This document shows, piece after piece, positions 52,918 through 62,527 of a stretch of DNA of 64,000 nt. A program made the position numbers and the translations under genes. Under the pieces are notes generated by a model. The model was given only the letters and a program-made list of their open reading frames with translations. It had not been told where the DNA came from and ran no database searches. Origin of the DNA: an uncultured archaeon (GTDB lineage: Archaea; Asgardarchaeota; Lokiarchaeia; Sigyniarchaeales; SOKP01); assembly GCA_964493715.1 (NCBI GenBank), contig CAZBPC010000002.1, positions 64,001 through 128,000 on the forward strand, given 5' to 3'. Position 1 is the first letter of the stretch. Every line of letters begins with the position of its first letter.

Positions 52918-53745
52918 ATGTTATTAGGGATTAGTACTTTAGCACATTTAATAGACAATGTCTCCAAAAAAACTGGTAGTCTTTTTGATAATTTTTTTAA
53001 AGCAACAGAAGGTTGTTTTAATTTTGCTGAAGAAAATGATATTCTTGTTGTAGAAATTGTTATAGAACCTCAGACTATCATTAGAGGTGAAAATAAACAT
53101 AAATTCATTGATTTAGTTAACTCATACTCGCTTCAAAAACAAGTGCATGGACCTTATATCGATATCAATTTATGTTCTCATAATAATACTATTTCTATGG
53201 CATCAGTTGAATCATATTTAGAAACGTATAATATCTGTAAAGAAATTAATATTAATCTGATGACCGTTCATCCGGGACAAGCCAACCCCATGATGACTTC
53301 AATAGGATAATATAATAAAATACAGCTTGCAGAAGGTGTATCGAAAATATTAGACACAATTAATAATTCAGAGTTTACGATTTGCCTTGAGAATATGCCA
53401 AAAAGCACATTTATTATGCTTGATCAGAATGATATTGAAGTTGTTCTAAAGAAAATTAATCGATCTGATTTAAAATTGACCTATGATACTAGTTATTTCT
53501 ATACTAATGATGGTAATATTAAGTTTTATGGGATAAATATCATAAAATTATTAAACATGTCCACCTTGTTGAAAACTTTTCAAAATTTTCAGATACTCAT
53601 CCAACCTTAGGGACTGGAAAAATTAATTTCCAAGAAATTTTCAATCAACTCAAAAAATTTCAATATGGGGGATCTTTAATTATTGAATTAGCATCATCGA
53701 TTAATCTACAAACGAGTATTCAATATATTTATCAATTTTTAAAGT
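52918..53745 (+). pseudogene. Sugar-phosphate isomerase/epimerase (xylose isomerase-like TIM barrel), disrupted; end approximate
   Basis: VHGPYIDINL, TVHPG, LENMP, YDTS, HVHL..DTHPTLGTG motifs; in-frame TAA at 53308-10 and frameshift at T4 53524-27. Confidence 0.8.
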
Positions 53746-53819
53746 TAGTTAGAAGGGAACATTATTTTCTTTATTTTCGTTTAAAATTTATAATAAAATC
53801 TACCTTAATAATTGTAATT

Positions 53820-54212
53820 ATGAAAATAATTTCTTTGCAAATTAGCGATGATTTATTAGTTAGATTTGAAAAAGTTAGATTCAGAAGTGGATTTAATTCA
53901 AAAAGTGAAGCCTTGAGGGATGCAATTGTAAAATTCATTGAGAATTATGAGAAATTTGAAAATCTGAATGGATATAAGATAATGACAATAAATTTGGTTT
54001 ATCCATTTAAAAATATCATATCAGATGAGATTTCAGAATTATATAACCAATTCAACGCGATTATAAAAGCAATTACTGATTGGAGAATTGTAGAAAAAAA
54101 AATAGAAGTTGTATTAACAGTGGGAGAATTTGGACTTATTAAGGATTTGTATCAATCTCTGGCCAAAATAAAAGATGTATCTTGCTCAATTCATGAGATT
54201 GTTATCGATTAA
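53820..54212 (+). CDS. NikR/CopG family ribbon-helix-helix regulator
   Basis: MKIISLQISDDLL...GFNSKSEALRDAI plus C-terminal ACT-like domain; Ni-binding His residues not evident. Confidence 0.82.
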   Translation: MKIISLQISDDLLVRFEKVRFRSGFNSKSEALRDAIVKFIENYEKFENLNGYKIMTINLVYPFKNIISDEISELYNQFNAIIKAITDWRIVEKKIEVVLTVGEFGLIKDLYQSLAKIKDVSCSIHEIVID

Positions 54213-54221
54213 ATTGTTCAA

Positions 54222-55091
54222 TTAGTCAAATCGAAGTGAAATATCGACTTTTTCAGGAGGAAATTGGGTTAATTCACTGGAGCTTATAATATCTGGTTCA
54301 GCAATCACATAATCGACGAAATTTTCTAATGTAATACCTCCTGAAACTTCAATTATTACCATTCCACGAACTTTATTCCTTTTCAATGTACTAATTGCAT
54401 TCCCTACTTGATCAGGGGTCATATTATCGAGCATGATGATGTCTGCCCCTAATTTAGCTGCAATTAAAACATCTTCAACCCTTTCAATTTCAATTTCAAT
54501 TTTTTTTGTGAAACTAGCACTCTTTTTTATTTCTCTCATCATTTCCTCTATGTTTCCATTGTAATATTTTAAATGTGTATCTTTCAATAATATCATATCA
54601 TCGAGTGAAAAACGATGTGTTTCCCCTCCACCGAGAAAAACTGCTTTCTTCTCAAAAATACGCAATCCTGGAAGCGTTTTACGTGTACATGCTATCTTTA
54701 CAGCTTTTCCAGAATTTTTAATAATTTCTACATACTTACGAGTAGTAGTAGTTATGGCACTCATATGAGAGAGCAAATTTAGAGCTGTTCGTTCTCCAAA
54801 TAGTATTGATTGTGTTTCTCCTTTTAGATGGGCAAGGATATCTCCTTTCTTCACTCGATCTCCATCTTCTTTAACAAGGTTCACGGATACATTTAAAATG
54901 TCATATATTAAATTCAATTCTTCTAATCCACTAATATAACCACTGCTTTTTGCTATAACTTTTGCAGAACTAATTGCAATTTCGGGAATTATACTTGAAC
55001 TCACGTCACTGAAATGACAATCTTCTTCAAGAAATTCTCTAATTTTTCTCTCTAAAATTAAGTTATTAAACTTCACTTTGATGATCACCAA
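54222..55091 (-). CDS. nadC: Nicotinate-nucleotide pyrophosphorylase (carboxylating)
   Basis: ERTALN, TRKTLPG, HRFSLDD..LLKDTH, IMLDN, EVSGGI. Confidence 0.95.
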   Translation of the reverse strand: MVIIKVKFNNLILERKIREFLEEDCHFSDVSSSIIPEIAISSAKVIAKSSGYISGLEELNLIYDILNVSVNLVKEDGDRVKKGDILAHLKGETQSILFGERTALNLLSHMSAITTTTRKYVEIIKNSGKAVKIACTRKTLPGLRIFEKKAVFLGGGETHRFSLDDMILLKDTHLKYYNGNIEEMMREIKKSASFTKKIEIEIERVEDVLIAAKLGADIIMLDNMTPDQVGNAISTLKRNKVRGMVIIEVSGGITLENFVDYVIAEPDIISSSELTQFPPEKVDISLRFD

Positions 55092-55131
55092 CTGTAGTAT
55101 AATTATTATAGAATCAAATCTAATTAAAATT

Positions 55132-55788
55132 ATGCTAATGATTCAAGGTAATGAAGTATCTTTAGAAGCGGAGATTTTTCAGTCAGGAAATGAATTTAAC
55201 AATACTGTAGTCTTAATATGCCATCCTCATCCTCAATTTCTGTAGGGTTTCCTAAGAAAGGGAAAATATGGAGGATCGATGCATAATAATGTTATATCTT
55301 ATATTTTCAATCATTTAGTTAAAAATGATATCTCGTGTTTACGTTTCAATTTCAGAGGTGTAGAAAGATCAACTGGAAAACATTCAGGAGGAAGTGGAGA
55401 GTTATCTGATGTTCATAGTTGTATTACATTTCTCCAAAAAAGAGAGATACAAAGGATAATAATATGTGGGTATTCTTATGGTGCCGCTATCGGATGCTCA
55501 GCTGTAAATTTTTCAGAATCAATCATAGGATTCTGCGCGATTTCTTTTCCGTGGGATTTTATGGGAAAAAATTACAAAAATCTCTCACAAACTGAAAAAC
55601 CTAAACTATTTATTCAAGGGGATCAAGATTCTATTGCTAGTTTTGATAATTTCTTGTCTCATTATAATTTCTATAAGGAACCCAAAGAAAAAATTATTAT
55701 CAAGGGAGCTGATCACTTCTATTGGGGATTAGAAGGAATTTTAGCAGATAAAGTGGTTAAATTTGTAAAAAAGTTCAATCCATCTTAA
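55132..55788 (+). CDS. Alpha/beta hydrolase, join(55132..55235,55266..55788), 208 aa after splicing
   Basis: Exon 1 MLMIQGNEVSLEAE...VVLICHPHP joins QYGGSMHNNV to give the family motif CHPHPxxGGxMxN; LRFNFRGV, GYSYG nucleophile elbow, QGDQD, GADHF. Confidence 0.9.
55236..55265 (+). other. Putative bulge-helix-bulge (BHB) mRNA intron, 30 nt, with in-frame TAG
   Basis: Central helix TCCT(55230-33)/GGGA(55260-63); bulges CAA(55234-36) and AAA(55264-66); inner stems TTTCT/AGAAA and TAGG/CCTA; cuts CA^A and AA^A rejoin CCT CA|A TAT GGA GGA. Confidence 0.83.
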
Positions 55789-55818
55789 CCAACAACATTT
55801 AATCATATGAAATCTGAC

Positions 55819-56217
55819 TTAAATAGTTGATAATTTCTCTAAATCTTGAAAACTGTTTTGTACAGCCCAATCAAGCAGTTGTTCATAATATCTCTCAATA
55901 TCATCCGATTCTGGTGGCTTAGAGAGAACAGCTAATAAAAATTGAGTTTTATCGTCTTTCATAATAATATTTCTGCAAATAATAAAATCATTAACATACT
56001 TGATCTTCAAACTTGCTAATAGAGATAAACTTAATTCTTCAGATGCTTTATATGCGGCATCACTCAGTAAGGATCCCATAGCCGCTATTACTCTTTCATC
56101 AACCTCATCTACTTTTTGTGAAGCTAAAACAAGTCCTGTAGAAGTAGAAAAAAGAGACGCTCGAAAATTACCATTATCATTGAGTTCTTTCAGAATCATC
56201 TCAAGTTTGCCAACCAT
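55819..56217 (-). CDS. Roadblock/LAMTOR-like domain protein
   Basis: LE.IL..L...FSTSTGLVLAS...IAAMGSLL..AA.KA..EL pattern. Confidence 0.75.
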   Translation of the reverse strand: MVGKLEMILKELNDNGNFRASLFSTSTGLVLASQKVDEVDERVIAAMGSLLSDAAYKASEELSLSLLASLKIKYVNDFIICRNIIMKDDKTQFLLAVLSKPPESDDIERYYEQLLDWAVQNSFQDLEKLSTI

Positions 56218-56347
56218 TTTAAATTTCCACTTTCGTTAAATTGATTTATAAATATGTAAATTATAAGCTCTTTACTATATTTAACATTAACTGATTTCTA
56301 ATTTTATACGATTACAATCATATTTTGATTCTAAAAAAAAAATAGCA

Positions 56348-56872
56348 TTAACCTAATTTTAGATTTATGATATAAGTAGATAAAATGTTATTTTCATCAA
56401 TAGACATGGTTATCACGCTCGGTCTCGCAACGGGTTTATCAAATCCTCGTTTTTGAGCTGGAGCCTTAGGATTTGTAGGGCTACCTGGATTTATAAGTAA
56501 TGTGTTAAATCTGGTCCCTTTGATTAATTGTTGATGAGAGTGACCTATGATCAATATATGAATTTCATTACTTTTAAAGAAATTCTCCAAATCTTTGGGT
56601 TCTTCGTGAATAACACCGATGTTATATTTTCCCGCGGGAAACTTAATGAATCTTTCAAGATCTTTTATGTTATCGTCATGACCTTTAACAGATATAGTTG
56701 GAGCAATCATATTTAAATCCTTTAGAAAATTCTTGCTACAAATATCTCCTGCATGAATAATTTGATCAACATCTTTGAAAACTCTTTTTAACTCATATAA
56801 CAATTCATTAGTCTTAGTTACATCATCATTTTCAGTAATGTGTGTATCTGAAATTATTCCATATTTAACCAT
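56348..56872 (-). CDS. Metallophosphoesterase, YfcE/MJ0936/Vps29-like
   Basis: ISDTH, IHAGD, VKGHDD (usually GNxD), GHSH, NPGS. Confidence 0.88.
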   Translation of the reverse strand: MVKYGIISDTHITENDDVTKTNELLYELKRVFKDVDQIIHAGDICSKNFLKDLNMIAPTISVKGHDDNIKDLERFIKFPAGKYNIGVIHEEPKDLENFFKSNEIHILIIGHSHQQLIKGTRFNTLLINPGSPTNPKAPAQKRGFDKPVARPSVITMSIDENNILSTYIINLKLG

Positions 56873-56884
56873 GCTATCGCACCA

Positions 56885-57940
56885 TTAATAAAAAACTACT
56901 CCTATAATAAAAATAAGAAATCCAAACAAAAAGTCGAGCATTATTCGTATTATTTTAGATTTAGTATTTTCTCTAATTTGAGCATCATTTTTGAAATATA
57001 GTTTTATATCTTTTGTACCTATTGAAAAGCTTTCTTTAATGAGAGGAAATTCTAATAATAATAAAACAATACCAATAACCATTAATGGAAGATAAAGAAA
57101 CAATGCTAGAATCATAAAGTCATTTCCTTGAAGATAATTCCAAATTGCATGTGCAGATATAATATTATTAATACCGTGTGCGAATATAGCGGGAAAAATC
57201 CATCGCCGCCTTAAAACAGTCATCGAAAGGATCATTCCTATAAAAAATGCTTCAATCATCCATATAAAAGGAAAAAATATTGGAGCTCTTGGACTTGCAG
57301 GGCTAAATAAATAAGCAAAATGACCCATACCAAAATAAAAGGAAGAAATTACGACTGCCGACATTTTAGAAACATAATCACTTCCCCTATTTGCTAAAAA
57401 TCCCCTAGTTAGAGATTCCTCATAAAAAGCGACTGAAAATTGTATGATTATTACTGAACCTAAAAATATGAGATATGGCTCAAAAAAATAGGAATTTGTG
57501 ACGTTAAAGGTTAAGACCAAAGCAGAATATTCAAGCATTTGTGGCGCAAAAAAATAAGTTAAGAAATCAATTGGAATAAAAACTAAAAATAAAATCAAAA
57601 TCCCATATAATAATTGAAACTTAAAATTCGATCTTTTTATAACAAATAAACCGAGAAAATTTCGAGATGGGCTCGTATCTCTCTCTAATATAAGTTCTCC
57701 TCGCTTCCCATATAAGGCAAAATTAGAAACATACAGGAATAAAGTAATAGCTACAATCACTATCATAGCTCTTACTAGAAAATATGAGATGCCATAAATT
57801 GCTCCATAATTTTGAAGAAATGATAATGGAAGTAATATAATTGAGGTAATGAGGATGCCCAGAAAAATGAGGACAGTCTCAAGTAAAAAATAGAATCTTT
57901 GTATAACCATTTTTTTCGTTGAACTTCGTTTTCTTGTCAT
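56885..57940 (-). CDS. CPBP (CAAX/Abi) family intramembrane glutamic endopeptidase
   Basis: EESLTRG, FGMGH, AHGINN motifs in a multi-TM protein. Confidence 0.88.
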   Translation of the reverse strand: MTRKRSSTKKMVIQRFYFLLETVLIFLGILITSIILLPLSFLQNYGAIYGISYFLVRAMIVIVAITLFLYVSNFALYGKRGELILERDTSPSRNFLGLFVIKRSNFKFQLLYGILILFLVFIPIDFLTYFFAPQMLEYSALVLTFNVTNSYFFEPYLIFLGSVIIIQFSVAFYEESLTRGFLANRGSDYVSKMSAVVISSFYFGMGHFAYLFSPASPRAPIFFPFIWMIEAFFIGMILSMTVLRRRWIFPAIFAHGINNIISAHAIWNYLQGNDFMILALFLYLPLMVIGIVLLLLEFPLIKESFSIGTKDIKLYFKNDAQIRENTKSKIIRIMLDFLFGFLIFIIGVVFY

Positions 57941-58049
57941 AGAGGAATTACCTTAATAGATTAATTTAGAAATTATAATATAATTAATAGTATAAATATT
58001 ATCGTTTCATTGTTAAGTTTATCATCAGTATTTAATCATCTAGTTGTAG

Positions 58050-59237
58050 TTAATTATATTCAAAAGAACCAAATTCTGATTTAATTTCAACGACATTTTT
58101 TTTAGCACTTGGGGATTCTTCACAGAAACCAATAATTTTTGATTCAATTGCAAACTTTCTACAGATCTCCATAATTTTTTTTGCATTGGACTCACTACAG
58201 TAGATTTCTAAACGATTCCCCATATTAAAAACTTGATACATATCTCTCCACGGCGTTTCAGAGGAGTTCTGAATAATTTCGAAAATTTTGGGTGCTTTAA
58301 ATAGGTTATTCTTTATATATTTTATCCCCTTACCAAAATTTAGAACCTTAGTTTGCCCTCCTCCTGTATTTTGAATAATGCCATGAATTTCTTTTCTAAA
58401 ATTATGTAAAATTTCAATTAATACTGGAGCATAAGTTCTAGTTGGAGATAGAAGAGATTTACCTATATCTAATTCTAATCCTGGAAGCTTATCTGTTAAT
58501 AAATGTATACCAAAAAAGAGTAATTCCTCATTAGTCTCTCTATCAAAACACTCGGGATATGTTTCGTGGTATTTATGAGCCAGTACACCATGGCGAGCAA
58601 GTGTTAACCCATTACTCCCTATACCACTGTTATATTCATCCTCATATACTGCCTTTCCATCACTAGCTAATCCTAATATTACGTCACCGGGTTGAATATT
58701 TGATGCATCTATCACATCTTTTCGCTCCATTGTTGTAAACATTGACGCGTCAACTAATAAAGTCTTTACAATATCCCCCACATCAGCAGTTTCGCCTCCA
58801 CACATAATCACTTTTAAGCCGAGTTCCGTCAATTTACTACTATAGGACTGATATTCATTAATAATTTCATTAACAATTTGTCCTGAAATGTAATGACTAT
58901 TTCTCCCGATATTGTTTGATAAGAAATAATCCCCCGTTGCTCCTACGCATAGCATATCATCAATATTCATGACCATCGCGTCTCTAACAATACCTCTAAA
59001 TACAGAGATGTCATTTGTTTCTCTATAATACATGTATGCTAAACTGCTTTTGGTTCCTGCCCCATCGGAATGAAATATTGAACAATATTTAGTTCTCATT
59101 CTTACATCTTCCACGATCTTACAAAAAGCTCCAGGAAATAATCCTTTATTGATATTTTCTATTGCATTGTGAACAACTTCTTTTTTAGATGAAACACCTA
59201 ATTGGGAGTAAATATTTTTCTCATCTGGCATTTTCAT
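58050..59237 (-). CDS. purM: Phosphoribosylformylglycinamidine cyclo-ligase (AIR synthase)
   Basis: YSQLGV, DGAGTK, MNIDD, GGETA, SNGLTLAR, TGGG, VFNMG. Confidence 0.92.
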   Translation of the reverse strand: MKMPDEKNIYSQLGVSSKKEVVHNAIENINKGLFPGAFCKIVEDVRMRTKYCSIFHSDGAGTKSSLAYMYYRETNDISVFRGIVRDAMVMNIDDMLCVGATGDYFLSNNIGRNSHYISGQIVNEIINEYQSYSSKLTELGLKVIMCGGETADVGDIVKTLLVDASMFTTMERKDVIDASNIQPGDVILGLASDGKAVYEDEYNSGIGSNGLTLARHGVLAHKYHETYPECFDRETNEELLFFGIHLLTDKLPGLELDIGKSLLSPTRTYAPVLIEILHNFRKEIHGIIQNTGGGQTKVLNFGKGIKYIKNNLFKAPKIFEIIQNSSETPWRDMYQVFNMGNRLEIYCSESNAKKIMEICRKFAIESKIIGFCEESPSAKKNVVEIKSEFGSFEYN

Positions 59238-60592
59238 ATTGTATATTTATTTCTCAATATTTCTATTAAATGATCAATTTGAGCTTCTGCTAACCCAGTA
59301 TATTGATGAGGATCCAATAAATCTTTCAATTCTTTTTCAGAGAATTTTTGCTTTATTTTAGAATTATTACTTAAAATTTCTTCTATGAACTTATTTTCAT
59401 TTATAGCATGCATTACAGCTTGTCTTAGTATTTCGTGTCCTTCTTGTCTTCCAATTCCTCGATTAACAAGTTCTAACATAATTTTTTCACTTAAACAAGC
59501 CCCTTTAGTAAGATTTAAATTTTTTTCTACGTTAATTTCGTTAAATTCAACTCCTTGAAGAATTGAAATCATCTGTTGAATAATATAGTCTAAAAGTATG
59601 AAATTTTCAGCAAAAATTATTCGTTCATTGGCTGAATTCGTAAGATCCCTTTCATCCTCTAAAATAATGTTATCTAAAGCAGGAATAACGTTAGATTTTA
59701 ACACTCTCGCCAAACTACAAATTCTTTCCGATTTATGAGGATTTCTTTTGTGAGGCATTGTTGAACTACCTACTTGACTTTTCTTGAACGGTTCAAACAT
59801 TTCAGCAATTTCATTTCTTTGAAGGATACGAAATTCTCTGGCTATTTTTGCTATAGATTGACCAATTAATGATGTTAATATAATTACTTCAGCATGACGG
59901 TCTCTTTGTATTATTTGATTTGCGATTAGAACAGCATTTAAATCAAGAAGTTGCATTAATTTTGTTTGTAATTTAATGCCTTTTTCTCCAAAGCTTGCCA
60001 TTGTTCCCACTGCTCCAGACATTTTTCCAAAAGATATTCTTTCTAAAATTTGCTCTAATCGATCAAGATGCCTACTTATTTCATAAGCCCAAACTCCAAA
60101 TCGCATCCCATAAGTGGTAGGAATAGCATGTTGTCCATGAGTTCTTCCAATACATACCAAATTTTTTTTTTCTTCAGCTATCTTTACAATTACCATTAAT
60201 AATTTGGTTAATGATTTCTTAATGTAGGTTAAAGCCTCTCGAAGTTGTAAAGCTGTAGCTGTATCCTCAATATCATAGCTAGTTGCCCCTAAATGGATGT
60301 ATTTACCTGCATTTCCTTCACATTGCTCTGTTAAAGCTTTAACCATCGCCATTAAATCATGATGAATTTCATCATCAATTTCTTTGACTCTTTCAAGTTT
60401 AACGTATTTCAAGTTAGCCTTTTTATTAATCTCTTCTGCTATTTTTAAAGGAATGATATTCAATTGGGCATTAACGGTCGCTAAAACAGCTTCAATTTTT
60501 AGCCAATTTTTTAATTTAGTCTCCTCCGTAAAAATTGAAGCAATATCGGTTCGGTATCGATTTTCAATTGGATTTACAAATTGATGATTCAT
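59234..60592 (-). CDS. purB: Adenylosuccinate lyase
   Basis: HHD, HLGATSYD, GRTHGQHA, GSSTMPHKRNP. Confidence 0.96.
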   Translation of the reverse strand: MNHQFVNPIENRYRTDIASIFTEETKLKNWLKIEAVLATVNAQLNIIPLKIAEEINKKANLKYVKLERVKEIDDEIHHDLMAMVKALTEQCEGNAGKYIHLGATSYDIEDTATALQLREALTYIKKSLTKLLMVIVKIAEEKKNLVCIGRTHGQHAIPTTYGMRFGVWAYEISRHLDRLEQILERISFGKMSGAVGTMASFGEKGIKLQTKLMQLLDLNAVLIANQIIQRDRHAEVIILTSLIGQSIAKIAREFRILQRNEIAEMFEPFKKSQVGSSTMPHKRNPHKSERICSLARVLKSNVIPALDNIILEDERDLTNSANERIIFAENFILLDYIIQQMISILQGVEFNEINVEKNLNLTKGACLSEKIMLELVNRGIGRQEGHEILRQAVMHAINENKFIEEILSNNSKIKQKFSEKELKDLLDPHQYTGLAEAQIDHLIEILRNKYTI

Positions 60593-60723
60593 AATTTCAA
60601 TTTAACATTAAATAATTTCGATAATTAAAGTAATCTCCAATCTTTTAATACTTTTTGGCTGGTAAGATAATAAACTTGATTTGATTCAATAAATCAGGAT
60701 AAATTTACAAAATTAAAAGAATT

Positions 60724-61416
60724 TTAGAGTGAATTACTGCTAGTTAATAATACCATTATGTAATCAGCTACTGATTCAATAGAATCTGATATCGCTTCTA
60801 ATATATCAAACACGTTCCCGACTGTAAAGATCGTGAAGAAGTTAACTTTATATTCCGTATCTTGAAGACTCTTCCGCAATCTAATATTGAGAAGATCAAC
60901 AGCGTGTTCTTTTTGGTTAATCTGGGTAGTATATTCTTTAACATGTTCTCTATCTTTAAGAAGGTCTATCAATATTTTATCTAAGAATACTGAGCATTCA
61001 ACGGTAATATCCATTATTTCTAAGATAATATCTATTGTTTCGTCACTGCTTTGTTCCCAAAAAATAAATGGAATAGTGACTATCCTACGAGCAACTCCTG
61101 TGCAACAATTTGCAACATCATCCATTCTTTTAACTAAATGGGAAAGATTTTGCCTTACACTGGGATTTAATTCTCCGCGAGAGACATCTTTTTGTATCTT
61201 TCTTCTAAGAACGTCTGCTTCTTTTTCGAGATTATCAACATTTTGCAGAATTTTGTGAGATTTTTCCTCTTCCTTTTCTCTCAATAACAATTTTAAACCA
61301 TTATTCAATTCCTTGACACACTCTTGAACTATCTGAGCGTGTTTTATCGACTTTTCTAATGCATTCAGTGTTGTTTCTCGTTTCAAAAATTCTATTAACG
61401 AACCCATTTTTTTCAC
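60724..61416 (-). CDS. DUF47/PhoU-like phosphate transport regulator
   Basis: LEKEADVLRR...MDDVAN and KEHAVD...ISDSIE repeats. Confidence 0.85.
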   Translation of the reverse strand: MKKMGSLIEFLKRETTLNALEKSIKHAQIVQECVKELNNGLKLLLREKEEEKSHKILQNVDNLEKEADVLRRKIQKDVSRGELNPSVRQNLSHLVKRMDDVANCCTGVARRIVTIPFIFWEQSSDETIDIILEIMDITVECSVFLDKILIDLLKDREHVKEYTTQINQKEHAVDLLNIRLRKSLQDTEYKVNFFTIFTVGNVFDILEAISDSIESVADYIMVLLTSSNSL

Positions 61417-61475
61417 TTCCCTTCTATCTTAATTTTATAATCATATCTTTTATAACTTATGATTTGAAAATTTTC

Positions 61476-62519
61476 CTAAATAAAACCTATTGATATTGAT
61501 CCAAAATATAATAATCCTGCCATGATCGCTGCAATAGGAAATGTAAGAACCCAATAGATTGCCATTCTGCCAAGCCCCTTGGTATCGACTTCTTTCTTTT
61601 GAGCGAGAGTTAAGCCTATAATGCAAAATACAATCACATGACTATGAGATATTGGTAAACTTAGTAATGTTGCAATCATAAGTATAATTGCGGAACTTGT
61701 TTGAATGACCAATCCTTCACTTGGACGGGAATCAGTCATTTGAGAAGCTAAATTTTTTATTACATAGCGAGCAGCAATATAAATTCCTAAGAATGCAAAA
61801 ATTCCGCATGATATAGCATATAAAAAATATTGATCGACCCCAATCGAACCATTATCTAGCAAACCATATAGAATTCCCAATGCTTCACCAGAATTTGCCC
61901 CCACCCATATTTCTGCGAATATCACCGCAACGAGAAGAATCCACTTGAAATATTGTTCTGACGTTTCAATTTGATTAAGGCCCTTTAATCGTTTAAGATA
62001 TACTTTTGTAATAATTTTAAAAATTAAATAAGTAATTATTAGTCCAGATATCGGAGATATGAACCAGCTAAGTATTACATTACCTAATTTCTCCCAATTA
62101 AAGGCTGTTTGAGGATCCACCCCTCCTTGAAAGATCGAATAAGTAATAACTACTCCAAAGACGCTACCTATTAAAGCGTGCGTGCTACTAAGAGGCATTC
62201 CAGCAAAGCTACCGATAACCAACCATAAAATGCTACTAATTAATACGGTTAAAAGCATGCTAGTAGTATAAACAAGCCCTTCTCCTAAAATATCAGATCC
62301 CACTGTTTTTGCTACAAATCCCCCGCTAGTTGAGATCATTCCTCCTCCAATTGCCATCCCCCCAATAATTAGAGCTAATCTAAATTTTATTACTCCAGTA
62401 CCAACTAAGGCAGATAATGTTTCATCATTCGCACCTATAGAAAATGCCAATGCAATAGCAAGAACGATTAAAACAATAATGATAATCTGATCTATCCCAT
62501 CTGCCAATTTTATCCCCAA
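61476..62519 (-). CDS. PiT family inorganic phosphate transporter
   Basis: IGANDET, PLSSTH, VGANSG, PISHSH signature motifs. Confidence 0.92.
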   Translation of the reverse strand: MGIKLADGIDQIIIIVLIVLAIALAFSIGANDETLSALVGTGVIKFRLALIIGGMAIGGGMISTSGGFVAKTVGSDILGEGLVYTTSMLLTVLISSILWLVIGSFAGMPLSSTHALIGSVFGVVITYSIFQGGVDPQTAFNWEKLGNVILSWFISPISGLIITYLIFKIITKVYLKRLKGLNQIETSEQYFKWILLVAVIFAEIWVGANSGEALGILYGLLDNGSIGVDQYFLYAISCGIFAFLGIYIAARYVIKNLASQMTDSRPSEGLVIQTSSAIILMIATLLSLPISHSHVIVFCIIGLTLAQKKEVDTKGLGRMAIYWVLTFPIAAIMAGLLYFGSISIGFI

Positions 62520-62527
62520 GAAGACAA

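Noticed and set aside
55243-55245. TAG read-through (pyrrolysine) in the hydrolase
   Set aside because: Read-through would leave 10 extra residues inside the HPHP-GG motif; BHB excision explains it exactly.
56430-56485. 8-bp inverted repeat (CAAATCCT/AGGATTTG) over the phosphoesterase loop insertion
   Set aside because: Flanks do not form BHB geometry and the frame is intact.
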